Program-made: the position numbers and the translations under genes
NCBI GenBank assembly: GCA_016218725.1
Contig: JACRDB010000064.1
Span: forward strand, 898-64,897
DNA from: Deltaproteobacteria bacterium
GTDB lineage: Bacteria > Myxococcota_A > Polyangia > Polyangiales > Ga0077539
Direction of reading: 5' to 3'
DNA length: 64,000 bases
The notes under the pieces: model-generated
What the model was told of the DNA's origin: nothing
Databases searched by the model: none
Seen by the model: the letters and a program-made list of their open reading frames with translations, nothing else
Shown: piece by piece, positions 1-9,720 of the stretch
Position numbering within the stretch: position 1 is the first letter of the stretch
How the letters are laid out: each line of letters begins with the position of its first letter

Positions 1-229
1 GCGGTGGTGGTGGCGGCGGCGGTGGCGGCGGTGGGACCTCCGGCGGGGGATCGTCAGGGATCGTAAGGTCCCTTACGATCTCGGGTTGTGCATCCACCAC
101 CGAGGTGTCCATCACCGGAGCGGCGCGATCGTTCGGGATCGAAGCATCGTCTCCCAGCCCCGAGCGGGCCCCGCAGCCGACGCCAGGGAGCGCCAGGAGC
201 ACCACAGCGAACGCGTCCCTCGGAGCCAT
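1..229 (-). CDS. Pro-rich lipoprotein, N-terminal part only (runs off window edge)
   Basis: My translation from the ATG at 229 reads MAPRDAFAVVLLALPGVGCGARSGLGDDAS...PPPPPP. It has a lipobox-like signal and starts 11 bp after the pbpC stop. Not in the ORF track because it is truncated. Confidence 0.7.
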   Translation of the reverse strand, partial: MAPRDAFAVVLLALPGVGCGARSGLGDDASIPNDRAAPVMDTSVVDAQPEIVRDLTIPDDPPPEVPPPPPPPPPPP

Positions 230-240
230 CGCGCTCCACG

Positions 241-2538
241 CTAACCGCGGGGGCCACCTCCGCACAATCCCCCGACGGGCACCACCCTCACGGTGATCGC
301 GGGGCTCCGGGCCTCGCCGAGCACCGCCACCAGCCGGTGCTCTCCGGGCGTCGCGGCCCAGGCGCCCGTGGGGAGGCTCCTGCCGTCTACCTCCCATTGG
401 ACCTCCGCGGGCTCGCGGGCCTCCGAGGCGCGCAGGGCCACCACCGGCGGGTGCGTCGGGTCCGTCACCGCCAGGCAGGCCCCGTCGCGCGGCTCCTCCA
501 CCCGCAGACCGCCGGTGCCCAGCCCCCGCGGCGAGAGCACGACGTCCGTTCGGTGCGCCCGCGAGGCCCAGGAGGCGTAGCGAGCGGGGAGCAGCACCCG
601 CCCGTCCGGCGCGTGCGCGGCGCACATCGCGCGCGGGATCGTCCCGCGCACGAAGCGCTCGGTCACCCGGTGCGAACACCCGTGGCCCGCGAGGAGCCCC
701 GTGGCGGCGCAGACCTCGGCCTGGTGCAAGGGCTCGGCGCCCGCGCTGCGCGAGGACGGAAGGTCCAGGCGCTCGGCCGCCGCGAGGATGCGCACCGCGG
801 CGGGCGCGGCGCCCTCGAAGCCCGAGACCGCGCGCATCGGCGCGCCTCCGGGGTCCCCCAGCCACACCACCACCGTGAAGCGGTCGGTGAATACCGCCGT
901 CCAGGCGTCCCTCCAGCCCTGGCTGGTGCCGGTCTTGAGCCCGAAGGGCACCGCCGGGCCGGCGTCCACGAGGTCCCGACCGAAGGCCTCGCGCCGCGCC
1001 AGCGCGTCCCGGAGGATGTCCACGGTGAGCGCCGAGGCCGCCGGGTCCAGCACCGGGCGGGCGCTCACCACTGGCTCCAGGCGCAGGGACAGCGGCACCG
1101 CGGAGCCGCCTCGCGCGAGCGTCACGTAGGCCCGGGCGAGCTCCAGGGGCGTCACGTCCGCGCCGCCCAGGACCACCGCGGCGCCGTAGCGCGAAGCGTC
1201 GCCGCCCAGGGAGAAGCCCAGGGACCGCAGGCGCGACACCACCCCCTCGGCTCCCACCCTCCGCGCGGCGTCCAGCGCGGCCAGGTTCAGCGAGGAAGCG
1301 AGCGCCTGCCGTGCGCGCACCGGGCCGCGCTCCACGCCGTCGTAGTCCCGGGCCTCGAAGGTGCTCCCGCGGGCGCCGTACATCGGCCGCTGGAGGTCGT
1401 CCAACACCGTGGCGCCGGTGCCCCCCAGCTCGAAGAATCGTTCGTACACGAACGGCTTCAGCGTGGAGCCCGGCTGGCGCCTCGCGCGCAGGAGGTCCAG
1501 CGAGGCCCCTTGACCCTCCACCGCGGCGCCTACGTACGCCAGGAGCTCGCCGGTGCCGTTGTGCACCACCACCGCCGCGGCGTTGCGGGCGCCCCGGGCG
1601 AAATGGCGCGCCACCGCCGCCCGGAGCGCGCCCTCGGCCTGGTGCTGGAGCCCCAGGTCCAGGCTCGTGCGCACGGAGCCTCGCGAGGTCCCGAGACGCC
1701 CCTGCCTCCAGGCCGCCAGGGCCTCGTCGGTGAAGCGAGGGGCCTCGTAGGGGTGGGGGCTCTCGCCGTGGAGCACCGGGACCTCCCTCACGGACGCCTC
1801 GTAGGTGGCCCGGTCGATGGCCCCTCGGTCCCGGAGGTGCGCGAGGATGAAGTTCCTCCGCGCCAGGGCGCGCGCCAGGTGGTGCCTGGGCTCCGTAGCC
1901 CTCGGCGCCTGGGGGATCCCCGCCAGGAGCGCCGCCTCGGAGACCGTGAGCGCCTCGGGCCCGTGTCCGAAGTATGCCTCGGAGGCGCGGGCGACGCCCT
2001 CGAGCCCGTTCCCGAAGGGCAGGCGGTTGACGTACTGCTCCAGGATCTCGTCCTTGGTGAACACCCGCTCCAGGGCCTGGGCGCGGAGCACCTCCAGGAG
2101 CTTGCTGGCGAGCCCGTGGGGCCTGCCGTACACCCTCTTGACGAGCTGCTGGGTGATGGTGCTGGCCCCGCTGCGGCGCCTCCCGGGCAGGAGGTTGTAG
2201 GTAAGAGCCCTCGCCAGGGCGAGCGAGTCCACCCCGTCGTGGGCGTGGAAGCGCCGGTCCTCCACCGTGAGCACCGCCGTCACAAAGGCCGGGGACACCT
2301 CCCTCAAGGGCACCCAGCGCCGGTCGGCGCCGCCGAGCCTGGCGTGGCGCAAGGTCGCCCCATGGCGGTCCGTCAGCGTGAGGGCGTCCAAGGGCCTCGC
2401 GAAGCGCGAGGGGTCCACCAGCGCCCCGTACACCACCAGCAGGTGGAGCCCGAGGCGCAGGGCCAGGAACCCCAGGAGCGACCAACCCAGGGCTCGCGCG
2501 AGGGTCCTTCGGGAGATCGTACGGTACCGAACGATCAT
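241..2538 (-). CDS. pbpC: Penicillin-binding protein 1C (transglycosylase + transpeptidase + C-terminal domain)
   Basis: N-terminal TM. Transglycosylase motifs EDRRF, GASTITQQLVK and LEQYVNRLPFG. Transpeptidase motifs SxxK (GSTLKPF), SxN (SSLN) and KTG (KTGTS). Directly downstream of an A2M gene. Confidence 0.92.
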   Translation of the reverse strand: MIVRYRTISRRTLARALGWSLLGFLALRLGLHLLVVYGALVDPSRFARPLDALTLTDRHGATLRHARLGGADRRWVPLREVSPAFVTAVLTVEDRRFHAHDGVDSLALARALTYNLLPGRRRSGASTITQQLVKRVYGRPHGLASKLLEVLRAQALERVFTKDEILEQYVNRLPFGNGLEGVARASEAYFGHGPEALTVSEAALLAGIPQAPRATEPRHHLARALARRNFILAHLRDRGAIDRATYEASVREVPVLHGESPHPYEAPRFTDEALAAWRQGRLGTSRGSVRTSLDLGLQHQAEGALRAAVARHFARGARNAAAVVVHNGTGELLAYVGAAVEGQGASLDLLRARRQPGSTLKPFVYERFFELGGTGATVLDDLQRPMYGARGSTFEARDYDGVERGPVRARQALASSLNLAALDAARRVGAEGVVSRLRSLGFSLGGDASRYGAAVVLGGADVTPLELARAYVTLARGGSAVPLSLRLEPVVSARPVLDPAASALTVDILRDALARREAFGRDLVDAGPAVPFGLKTGTSQGWRDAWTAVFTDRFTVVVWLGDPGGAPMRAVSGFEGAAPAAVRILAAAERLDLPSSRSAGAEPLHQAEVCAATGLLAGHGCSHRVTERFVRGTIPRAMCAAHAPDGRVLLPARYASWASRAHRTDVVLSPRGLGTGGLRVEEPRDGACLAVTDPTHPPVVALRASEAREPAEVQWEVDGRSLPTGAWAATPGEHRLVAVLGEARSPAITVRVVPVGGLCGGGPRG

Positions 2539-2557
2539 GGTCGTCTCCGGGGATTGT

Positions 2558-5500
2558 TCAAGGGTCCACGATCAGGGTGGAGGCCGCGCTCCGCGCGAGG
2601 GTCTCCTGGTCGTGGAGGGCGTCCATGCGGGCCGGAGGGACGGTGAAGGTGCCCGGGGTGGTGGCCCGGATGCCGTAGGTGAACTCCTGGAGCCCGGAGC
2701 TCAGGTGATCGAAGGCCCAGGAGGCGCGCCCGAGCCCGAGGCCGTGGTGGGTGATCACGCCCAGCGAGCGCCGCGCGTGGAAGCCCCTGGGGTCAATGAA
2801 ATCGTCGTCGGGGCCGCGTCCCAGGAGCGCGTCCAGGGTGCCCTCGGGCGTGCTCTCGAGCTGCGCGTCCATGGGCTCGAAGCCCCCGGGGAGCGGGTCC
2901 CGGAGGCGCAGGAACGCGGGGGGCTCGTGCTCGGCGTAGACAAAGAGCCTCACGCGCACCAGGTCCCCGAGGTGGACGTGAGCGCCCTGGGCGAGCTCGG
3001 CGCCGGTCTCGCTCTCATAGACGCGGTGGAGGCTCACTCCGTGCCCTCGGGCGATGGTGTCCGTGGGGCCCAGGGGCACCCACCAGCGCGCTCGCAGCGA
3101 GGCATGCACCACCCGCGCGGAGGCGATGCGCAGGGCGCCCGGGCGGCCCGCGAGGCGCTCCGCAGGGAGGGAGAAGACCACCCCGGCGCGGTCCCGGGCG
3201 CGGGGCGCGAGGGCCTCTCCGTCGAGGGTCACCCGCGCGTCCAGGGCGTCCTCGGAGAGCGTGAGGGCCGCCACGTGGGTGGCCAGCGCGTCCAGGGCCA
3301 GGGCGGTGTCGTGGGGGCTCCCCCAGGAGCCCGCCGGGGCCACGCGGTTGTTCAGGAGCAGCGTGGCGTACACCCCGGGGTCTCCCAGGGAGGGCTCCAG
3401 GCTCGAGGTCTCCAGGAGCGAGGCCACCGTGCGCGTGCGTGAGTCGAACCACCAGGGACCGGAGACCGCTCCCTGGGAACCTTCGGGGTGCTCCACCAGG
3501 AGCCTCGCGGCGCGCGAGACGTCTGAGAGCAGCGCGTCCCGACGGCGGTCCGACGGGGCCATCGCCCCGGCGAGCTCCGCCGAGGCGTAGAGCGGCAGCC
3601 TCGCCCGGAGGTCATACAGATCGGACACGCGGGGTTCGTTCCTGCGGCCTGCTTCGGCCAGCACCCGCAAGGCCCTCGCGTGCTGCTCCACCGTCCACGA
3701 CGACAGGGACGACGCGCTGGCGCGCTCGACCTCCGTGGCCAGGTACGCCGTGAGGCGCTCGATGGCGCCCTCGGGCACCGCCCAGCCCAGGGCCCTCGCC
3801 CGGAGCAGCGCGTGGAGCGCAAAGGTGGAGGTGTACTCGTTGGCGTAGTCCCCGGGGCCCCAGGAGCCGTACCACCCGCCCGAGGCCTGGAGCTGGCCGA
3901 GCCTCCTGGCCGTGCCCTCGCCGCGCTCGCGGAGCTCCCCCGCGCTCCACCGGTGGGGCCCTGGCACGCCACGGAGCCGGGCCAGCGCGGTCCAGACCAG
4001 GAGCGAAGACACGGCGCCCTCGACCCCGTCGGGGGCCTCGTCGTCCAGGCCCGCGGCGCTGTCCTCCAGGCCGAGGTAGGGGTGCGAGGCGAGCGTCAGG
4101 GTGAGCGTCGCGCCCGGGAGGACTGGCCCCGAGATACCCACCGGGAGCGTGAGGGGGCTCCGGATGGCGCCAAAGACCGCGGCGCTCACCGCGCGAGCCC
4201 GAGGCTGCACGGGTACATGACTCTCCGCGCGGGTGGCGCCCTCGGGGGTGCGGGCTTCATACCGCAGGTCCACGGTGCCGGTGTGAGCGGTGACGGGTTG
4301 GGCCACCCGGGCCTCGCCGTGGGGCTCCAGGTGCACGGTCCGCTCGGTGGGTGCGGCGCCGTTGGCGGTGAGGGTGACCGTGGCGGTGACGGCCTGCTCC
4401 GTGGTGTTGGACACGTACACCGCGGCGTCGAAGGTGTCGCCGTCGACCAGGTGCGTGGGGGGCATCGAGCGCAGCACCACGGGGCGGGTGGCCAGGAGCT
4501 GGGCGCTCGCTTGTCCCGCGCGCACGCCGGGGTCCACGGCGACGGCCATCACGCGGTACTCCGTGGGGCGGTCGGGCAGGTGCACCGAGGCGCGGGCGCG
4601 CCCGTGGGCGTCGGTGACGAGCCTCGGGAGCCACAGGGGCGTGGGCTCGAAGCGCTCGCGCTGGTCGCGCAGGAGGTTGTCCTCCACGTCCTCCGTGCCA
4701 TCTCCGCTCGGGGAGGGGAGCGCGGGGAACTCCACGCGGGAGACCAGCGTGCGCCGCAGGTCCTCCAGGGAGAACAGCGGCGGCCTCCGGGGGAAGAGCC
4801 CTCGTACGGGGTCCGGGGTGCTGTAGCCCGTGAGGCGCAGGGTGCCCTCGTCCACGGCGTAGAGGGCCACCTCGGCGACCACCCCGCGGCCGTCACTGTC
4901 GGTGACGGTGACCTCCACGGGCACGTCGGTGTCGGGCAGGACGCGCTCGGGCGCCTGGAGCGCCACCGTGAGGGGGCTCCTCGGCGGGCGCACGGTGACC
5001 TCCGCGGCGCCGAAGCGCAGGTCCGGCGCGTCGAGGTCCGGGCGCTGCCTCGGGGCTCCGGTCCTCGGGCGTAGGAGCACCACCTGGACAAAGGCATTGG
5101 GCACCATCTCCCGGGTGACCGGGAACTCCGCCACGGTGCCTCCCGCGCGCAGCGCCACGGTCTGGGCGTGGAGCACGCCCTCGCGGGATACCAGCACCAG
5201 GGCGTTCCCCGCGGGGAACGGTGACTCGAAGGCCACGCGGCACGTCTCTCCCACCACCCACCGGGGCCTGGAGGGCGTCACCCTCACGGTGGCCCCCGGG
5301 GGGTCGCGGTCCGGGTGCTCGCCCGGCGCGGCCACGTACACCCGTCGAGACGCCACGGACACCCTCCCACGGTCGTCCGTGGAGCGCGCCTCCAGTACGT
5401 AGGTGCCTGGCCTGGTGGGGGTGTACGCGCAGCGCGAGGGCTCCGTCCCGGAGGAGATCGTACAGGTATGAACGATCTCCCGCTGGGCGTTCTGCCTGGG

Positions 5501-8302
5501 CTGAAAGCCCCCCTGGGCGCCGGCCTCGTCGTCGCGGGCGTGGGCGTTCCACTCCCACCAGGAGTGCCACCCCTCGCGCACCACCCGGGCCTCCACGCGC
5601 CGCCCTGGCGCGGCGGCCCCGTCGTGGCGCACCACCACGCTCTCCAGCTCCAGGGCGGCGCCGGGGTCCACCCAGGACGGTCCCTCGCGCACGCCCACCT
5701 CGAAGTCCGCGGGGTACAGCACGAACGAGCGCGACGCGGCCACGCTCTGCCCCGAGCGGTCCTGCACCGTGGCCTCCAGGCGCAGGGTCTCCCGGCCGGT
5801 GCCCGCGGAGGCCACGCGCGCGGTGAGGGCGCCGGAGCCGTCGCCGTCGAGGGTGAGCTGGTCGCTCAGGGCGGTGCCGTGGGGCGCTGCCGCGTCCACG
5901 GCGGAGAAGAGGTAACCCGGGCGCCCCGGGGGTGAAGTGTCCGAGGCGCTCCGCACGAGGCTCCAGCGCACGGCCCCGCCGCGCACGGGGGCGCCGTGGA
6001 GCCACTGGCCTCGCACGCCCACGGTGACAGGGTCCCCGGAGCTGTGGTCGCCCGCCGGGAGCGCCAGGTCCACGCGGAGCTGCGGGGGGCGGAACTCCGC
6101 CACGGCGACGCGGGCCGACGCCAGCGGAGCCCCGGTCCCGGGGCGCTCCAGCACCAGGGTGTAGTCCCCCGCGGCGGCGTTGGGCGGGAGCGTGAAGTCC
6201 GCCCAGCTCGTCCCGAAGGCCGTCAGGGCCCCCAGCACCGCCTGGGGCTCCCCCGCGCCCGACGGGTCCTGGAGGACGAAGCGCACGCGGCCTCGCCGCA
6301 GGGCCCTCAGGTCCGAGCCCCGGAGCTGCCGCAGCACGGCCTTGCCGTGGATGGTCTCCCCGGGGCGGTACGCCCCCCGGTCCGTGAAGAGCGTGGCCAC
6401 GAGGTCCGCCTGCGCGGAGGCCTCGCCGGGCTCCAGGCCCAGCGCCGAGGGACCCACGCTCGTTCGTGTGTCCACGAACGCAAGAGCCCTGTGTCCACCG
6501 TGCGAAACGCGCACCACCAGGGGACGATCGTTAGGTATCGAACCATGTGCGAGCCAGGCCATCCCGAGGGCGTCCGAGCGCGCCGCCCCGAGGCGGTGGG
6601 TGGGGTCCGAGGAGTCCACCAGGAGCACCTCGGCGCCGGGGAGGGGCTGAGCGCCGGAGAGCGTGGTCACCCACACGGCGACGCCGGTGGGCAGCACCAC
6701 GGCGCTGGCCGCCAGGTCCGTGCGTTGGACGAACACCGTCCTGGGCGAGGGGTGCTCCGAGGCGCCATCGGGGTTGAAGCGCACCAGGGCCATGGAGCTG
6801 TCGCGCCCGGAGCCCTGCCAGGGGTAGGCCCCTCGGGCCCAGCGGTTGGCGCGGACCCCGGGCACCAGCGGCGGCATGGCCGTGGGCTGCCAGGGCGTAG
6901 GCTCGCCTCCGCCCGGCGTATAGAACGCGTCCACCACGCGCAGGACGTCGTGGGCGTCGTCGAGGGCGGCGTACTCCACCACCCCGCGGTCCGCGTGGAT
7001 GGCCGCGAAGGGAAGGAGCGCGTCGGCGCCCTCTTCGAAGGTGAAGCGCCCCTCCGGGGCGACCACCGCGGGGGCGTGGCCCTGGCTTCGCACCGCCAGC
7101 GGCGCGAGGCGCGCGAGCGTGGCCCCTTCGGCGTCCGCGAGGGGGCTGACCCGGAGCTCGTACACCTGCCCCGGCGCCCAGTCCCCGCGGATGGAGAGCA
7201 CCCGCCCCCGCGCGGTGACCGTGAGCCCCGGCACCGCGGGCGTGACCAGCACGGGACTCGCGGGCAGCGGCGCGCGCAGGGCGTTGGTCGCGAGGAGCCG
7301 CAGCTCCTCGGCGATGTCCACGATCTGCCCCGGAGGACCCTGGAAGGCGCAGTCGTCGGCGCTGTCGGCCTCGGCGTCGCATGCGATGCCCTCGACGTGG
7401 GGCCTCGGGGATAGCTCGTACTCCACCACCGCGGGCGCGCTCCCGTCGGACCAGGGGCCGTAGAGCGAGGGGTTCATCGCCACGGCGATGCGCGTGCCAG
7501 GCTCCAAGACGCGGTCCGGGCGCAGGTCCACGAGGCTCCGCCCCTCGGCGTCCCTGCCTCTTGAGAAGAGCGAGAAGCCCAGGGCGCGGCGCCCGCCTCC
7601 CACTTCGTACGTCAGGAGCTGCCGGGGCAGGGCCGTGACATTGACGGGACCGTTGAAGCGCAAGGGCAGGGGGTCCCCGGGCAACACCCTCCGGTTGGAC
7701 GGAAAGACGAACTGCGCGCCCCCGTTGAACACCACCCGCAGCGAGAGCGGGCTCTCCAGGCGCTCGTGGGAGAGGGACTCGAAGCCCTCGGCCAGGGTGA
7801 GCGTGGCCTCGTGGTCGCGGTCCCAGGCGGAGGGCAGCGGCAGGAACTCCAGGGTGCTGCGCGAGCTCCAGCGGGCCGTCCCCGGCACCGGCGGCGTAAA
7901 CGCAAAAGGCGCCACCAGCGGGCGCTCCACCGCGTCGCCGGGCACCATCGGGCGGTTGAAGCGCAGCCGGAGCGTGGTGCCTCGGGGCACGTTCACCACC
8001 TCCCCCGAGGGCTCCAGGAGCGCGAAGCCCTCGGGCTGGTCCGCGGCCCTCAGGGGCGTGAGCGGCACCGCGGGCTCCAGCGCGGGGTCCTCAAGGCGGA
8101 AGGTCGTCGGCGCGGGGAGTCCCCGGGCGGAGGTCACCGTCGGCCGGTGCCGCGCCAGGTGCCTCACGGCCAGCACCGCCCCCACCGCCGCCGCCAGCAG
8201 GAGCGCCCTGGCGTGGGTCCTTCGCCGCTCTGCCAGCACCTCGCCCGGAGTCTTCCCGGCGTCTCGGTACGGGTGCATCACACCAGGGGTCGGGTTGGTC
8301 AT
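2558..8302 (-). CDS. Bacterial alpha-2-macroglobulin family protein (YfhM/YfaS-like), no thioester motif
   Basis: 1914 aa with characteristic segments FTDRGAYRPGET, VAEFRPP, LYAVDEGTLRLTGY, RERFEPTPLW and DPLPGGFEP. Paired with pbpC. Confidence 0.9.
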   Translation of the reverse strand: MTNPTPGVMHPYRDAGKTPGEVLAERRRTHARALLLAAAVGAVLAVRHLARHRPTVTSARGLPAPTTFRLEDPALEPAVPLTPLRAADQPEGFALLEPSGEVVNVPRGTTLRLRFNRPMVPGDAVERPLVAPFAFTPPVPGTARWSSRSTLEFLPLPSAWDRDHEATLTLAEGFESLSHERLESPLSLRVVFNGGAQFVFPSNRRVLPGDPLPLRFNGPVNVTALPRQLLTYEVGGGRRALGFSLFSRGRDAEGRSLVDLRPDRVLEPGTRIAVAMNPSLYGPWSDGSAPAVVEYELSPRPHVEGIACDAEADSADDCAFQGPPGQIVDIAEELRLLATNALRAPLPASPVLVTPAVPGLTVTARGRVLSIRGDWAPGQVYELRVSPLADAEGATLARLAPLAVRSQGHAPAVVAPEGRFTFEEGADALLPFAAIHADRGVVEYAALDDAHDVLRVVDAFYTPGGGEPTPWQPTAMPPLVPGVRANRWARGAYPWQGSGRDSSMALVRFNPDGASEHPSPRTVFVQRTDLAASAVVLPTGVAVWVTTLSGAQPLPGAEVLLVDSSDPTHRLGAARSDALGMAWLAHGSIPNDRPLVVRVSHGGHRALAFVDTRTSVGPSALGLEPGEASAQADLVATLFTDRGAYRPGETIHGKAVLRQLRGSDLRALRRGRVRFVLQDPSGAGEPQAVLGALTAFGTSWADFTLPPNAAAGDYTLVLERPGTGAPLASARVAVAEFRPPQLRVDLALPAGDHSSGDPVTVGVRGQWLHGAPVRGGAVRWSLVRSASDTSPPGRPGYLFSAVDAAAPHGTALSDQLTLDGDGSGALTARVASAGTGRETLRLEATVQDRSGQSVAASRSFVLYPADFEVGVREGPSWVDPGAALELESVVVRHDGAAAPGRRVEARVVREGWHSWWEWNAHARDDEAGAQGGFQPRQNAQREIVHTCTISSGTEPSRCAYTPTRPGTYVLEARSTDDRGRVSVASRRVYVAAPGEHPDRDPPGATVRVTPSRPRWVVGETCRVAFESPFPAGNALVLVSREGVLHAQTVALRAGGTVAEFPVTREMVPNAFVQVVLLRPRTGAPRQRPDLDAPDLRFGAAEVTVRPPRSPLTVALQAPERVLPDTDVPVEVTVTDSDGRGVVAEVALYAVDEGTLRLTGYSTPDPVRGLFPRRPPLFSLEDLRRTLVSRVEFPALPSPSGDGTEDVEDNLLRDQRERFEPTPLWLPRLVTDAHGRARASVHLPDRPTEYRVMAVAVDPGVRAGQASAQLLATRPVVLRSMPPTHLVDGDTFDAAVYVSNTTEQAVTATVTLTANGAAPTERTVHLEPHGEARVAQPVTAHTGTVDLRYEARTPEGATRAESHVPVQPRARAVSAAVFGAIRSPLTLPVGISGPVLPGATLTLTLASHPYLGLEDSAAGLDDEAPDGVEGAVSSLLVWTALARLRGVPGPHRWSAGELRERGEGTARRLGQLQASGGWYGSWGPGDYANEYTSTFALHALLRARALGWAVPEGAIERLTAYLATEVERASASSLSSWTVEQHARALRVLAEAGRRNEPRVSDLYDLRARLPLYASAELAGAMAPSDRRRDALLSDVSRAARLLVEHPEGSQGAVSGPWWFDSRTRTVASLLETSSLEPSLGDPGVYATLLLNNRVAPAGSWGSPHDTALALDALATHVAALTLSEDALDARVTLDGEALAPRARDRAGVVFSLPAERLAGRPGALRIASARVVHASLRARWWVPLGPTDTIARGHGVSLHRVYESETGAELAQGAHVHLGDLVRVRLFVYAEHEPPAFLRLRDPLPGGFEPMDAQLESTPEGTLDALLGRGPDDDFIDPRGFHARRSLGVITHHGLGLGRASWAFDHLSSGLQEFTYGIRATTPGTFTVPPARMDALHDQETLARSAASTLIVDP

Positions 8303-8447
8303 GGTGGGTGGTCCCTCAGCAAGCCCGGGGCCGTCGATGAAACACCCGACGGACCCGCCGCGTCACCCACCGCCCCGGTGGTCCACCGCCCACGGAGCGT
8401 GGCCCCTCGTACACGCCGGGGACACCACCACACCCACCTACAGCAAC

Positions 8448-9713
8448 CTACATCCCGGCCAAGACCTGCCAACCGATGTCGGTGCGATACCTACATCCCG
8501 GGAAGGCGACCGCTGGGAGGTGCTGGTAGGCTCGCTGCCGGGCGACGGTGAGGTCTGGTCCGGTGCCCACGACCAGGAGGACCCGGCCACCGGCGGCCAC
8601 CAGGCGCCCGGAGGGATCTCGGCGGACGCCCGCAGGGTGGACGCGAACGCCCTCGGGGGGAGGGGTGGACAGCCCCGGGAGGGCAGCGCCCTGGAGGGGC
8701 TTGTCGGGGTAGCCCTCGGCGGCCAGGACCACCCCGAGGGCGGCGCCGGAGGAGTGCGAGAGGGGCGCGTCGTCGAGGGCGCCCCGGGCGGCGTCGAGGA
8801 GGGCCCGGGAGAGCCCCGGTCCGAGGCGCGCGAGGAGCACCGCGCACTCGGGGTCCCCGAAGCGTACGTTGTACTCCAGCACCTTCGGGCGACCGTCGAC
8901 GAGCATCAAGCCGACGAAGAGTATCCCCTGGAAGGGTGTGCCTTCATCGATCATGCCCTGGAGGGTGGGACGCACCACGGAGTCAAGGATCTCGCGCTCA
9001 AGGGCGGGGGTGACCAGCGGCACCGGGGCGTAGGCGCCCATGCCGCCGGTGTTGGGGCCCTGGTCACCGTCGAGGAGTCTCTTATGGTCCTGGGCCGAGC
9101 CCAGCACCTTGAAGCGAGCCCCGCTGGCCAGGACGTGAAAAGACACCTCGGGGCCCCGGAGCCGTTCCTCCAGCACCACCCGCTGCCCCGCGTCGCCGAA
9201 GCGACCGCGGAGCATGGCCTCGGCGGCGGCCAGGGCCTCCTCCGGGGAGTCGCACACCGCCACCCCCTTGCCCGCCGCGAGGCCGTCGCACTTCACCACC
9301 AGCGCCGTGGGGTGAGCGTCCAGGAAGCGCCGCGCGGCGTGCAGGTCCGTCACCACCTCGAAGGCGGGGGAGGGCACCCCGTGACGCGCCATGAACGCCC
9401 GGGCGAAGCCCTTGCTGCCTTCGAGCCTGGCGGCCTCGCGCCCGGGGCCCAGGCAGGGGATGCCCGCGGCGCCCAGGGCGTCCGCCAGGCCCTCCACCAG
9501 CGGCCCCTCGGGGCCCGAGAGCACCAGGTCCGGGCGCTCGCTCCGCGCCAGCGCCACCACGTCGGCCACCAGCGAGACCCCCGGGGAGACCCTCGCGAAG
9601 CCCTCCATGCAGGGGTTCCCCGGGGCCACGAGGACCTCCTCGCGGTCCACCGCGGCGAGGTGAAACGCGAGGGCGTGCTCCCGGGCCCCGGAGCCCACGA
9701 CCAGGATCTTCAT
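8448..9713 (-). CDS. purD: Phosphoribosylamine-glycine ligase
   Basis: [48 protein letters not shown]. Confidence 0.97.
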   Translation of the reverse strand: MKILVVGSGAREHALAFHLAAVDREEVLVAPGNPCMEGFARVSPGVSLVADVVALARSERPDLVLSGPEGPLVEGLADALGAAGIPCLGPGREAARLEGSKGFARAFMARHGVPSPAFEVVTDLHAARRFLDAHPTALVVKCDGLAAGKGVAVCDSPEEALAAAEAMLRGRFGDAGQRVVLEERLRGPEVSFHVLASGARFKVLGSAQDHKRLLDGDQGPNTGGMGAYAPVPLVTPALEREILDSVVRPTLQGMIDEGTPFQGILFVGLMLVDGRPKVLEYNVRFGDPECAVLLARLGPGLSRALLDAARGALDDAPLSHSSGAALGVVLAAEGYPDKPLQGAALPGLSTPPPEGVRVHPAGVRRDPSGRLVAAGGRVLLVVGTGPDLTVARQRAYQHLPAVAFPGCRYRTDIGWQVLAGM

Positions 9714-9720
9714 GGCCACA

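Noticed and set aside
59-80. 22-bp near-perfect palindrome GATCGTAAGG-TC-CCTTACGATC
   Set aside because: Lies inside a coding region with a single copy in the window and no context suggesting function.
88-2646. Long plus-strand ORFs opposite real genes (e.g. 88..2646, 7488..9749, 34047..36746, 56302..59391)
   Set aside because: Shadow ORFs caused by high GC. They are R/G/P/A-rich, have no motifs and lie antisense to well-supported genes.
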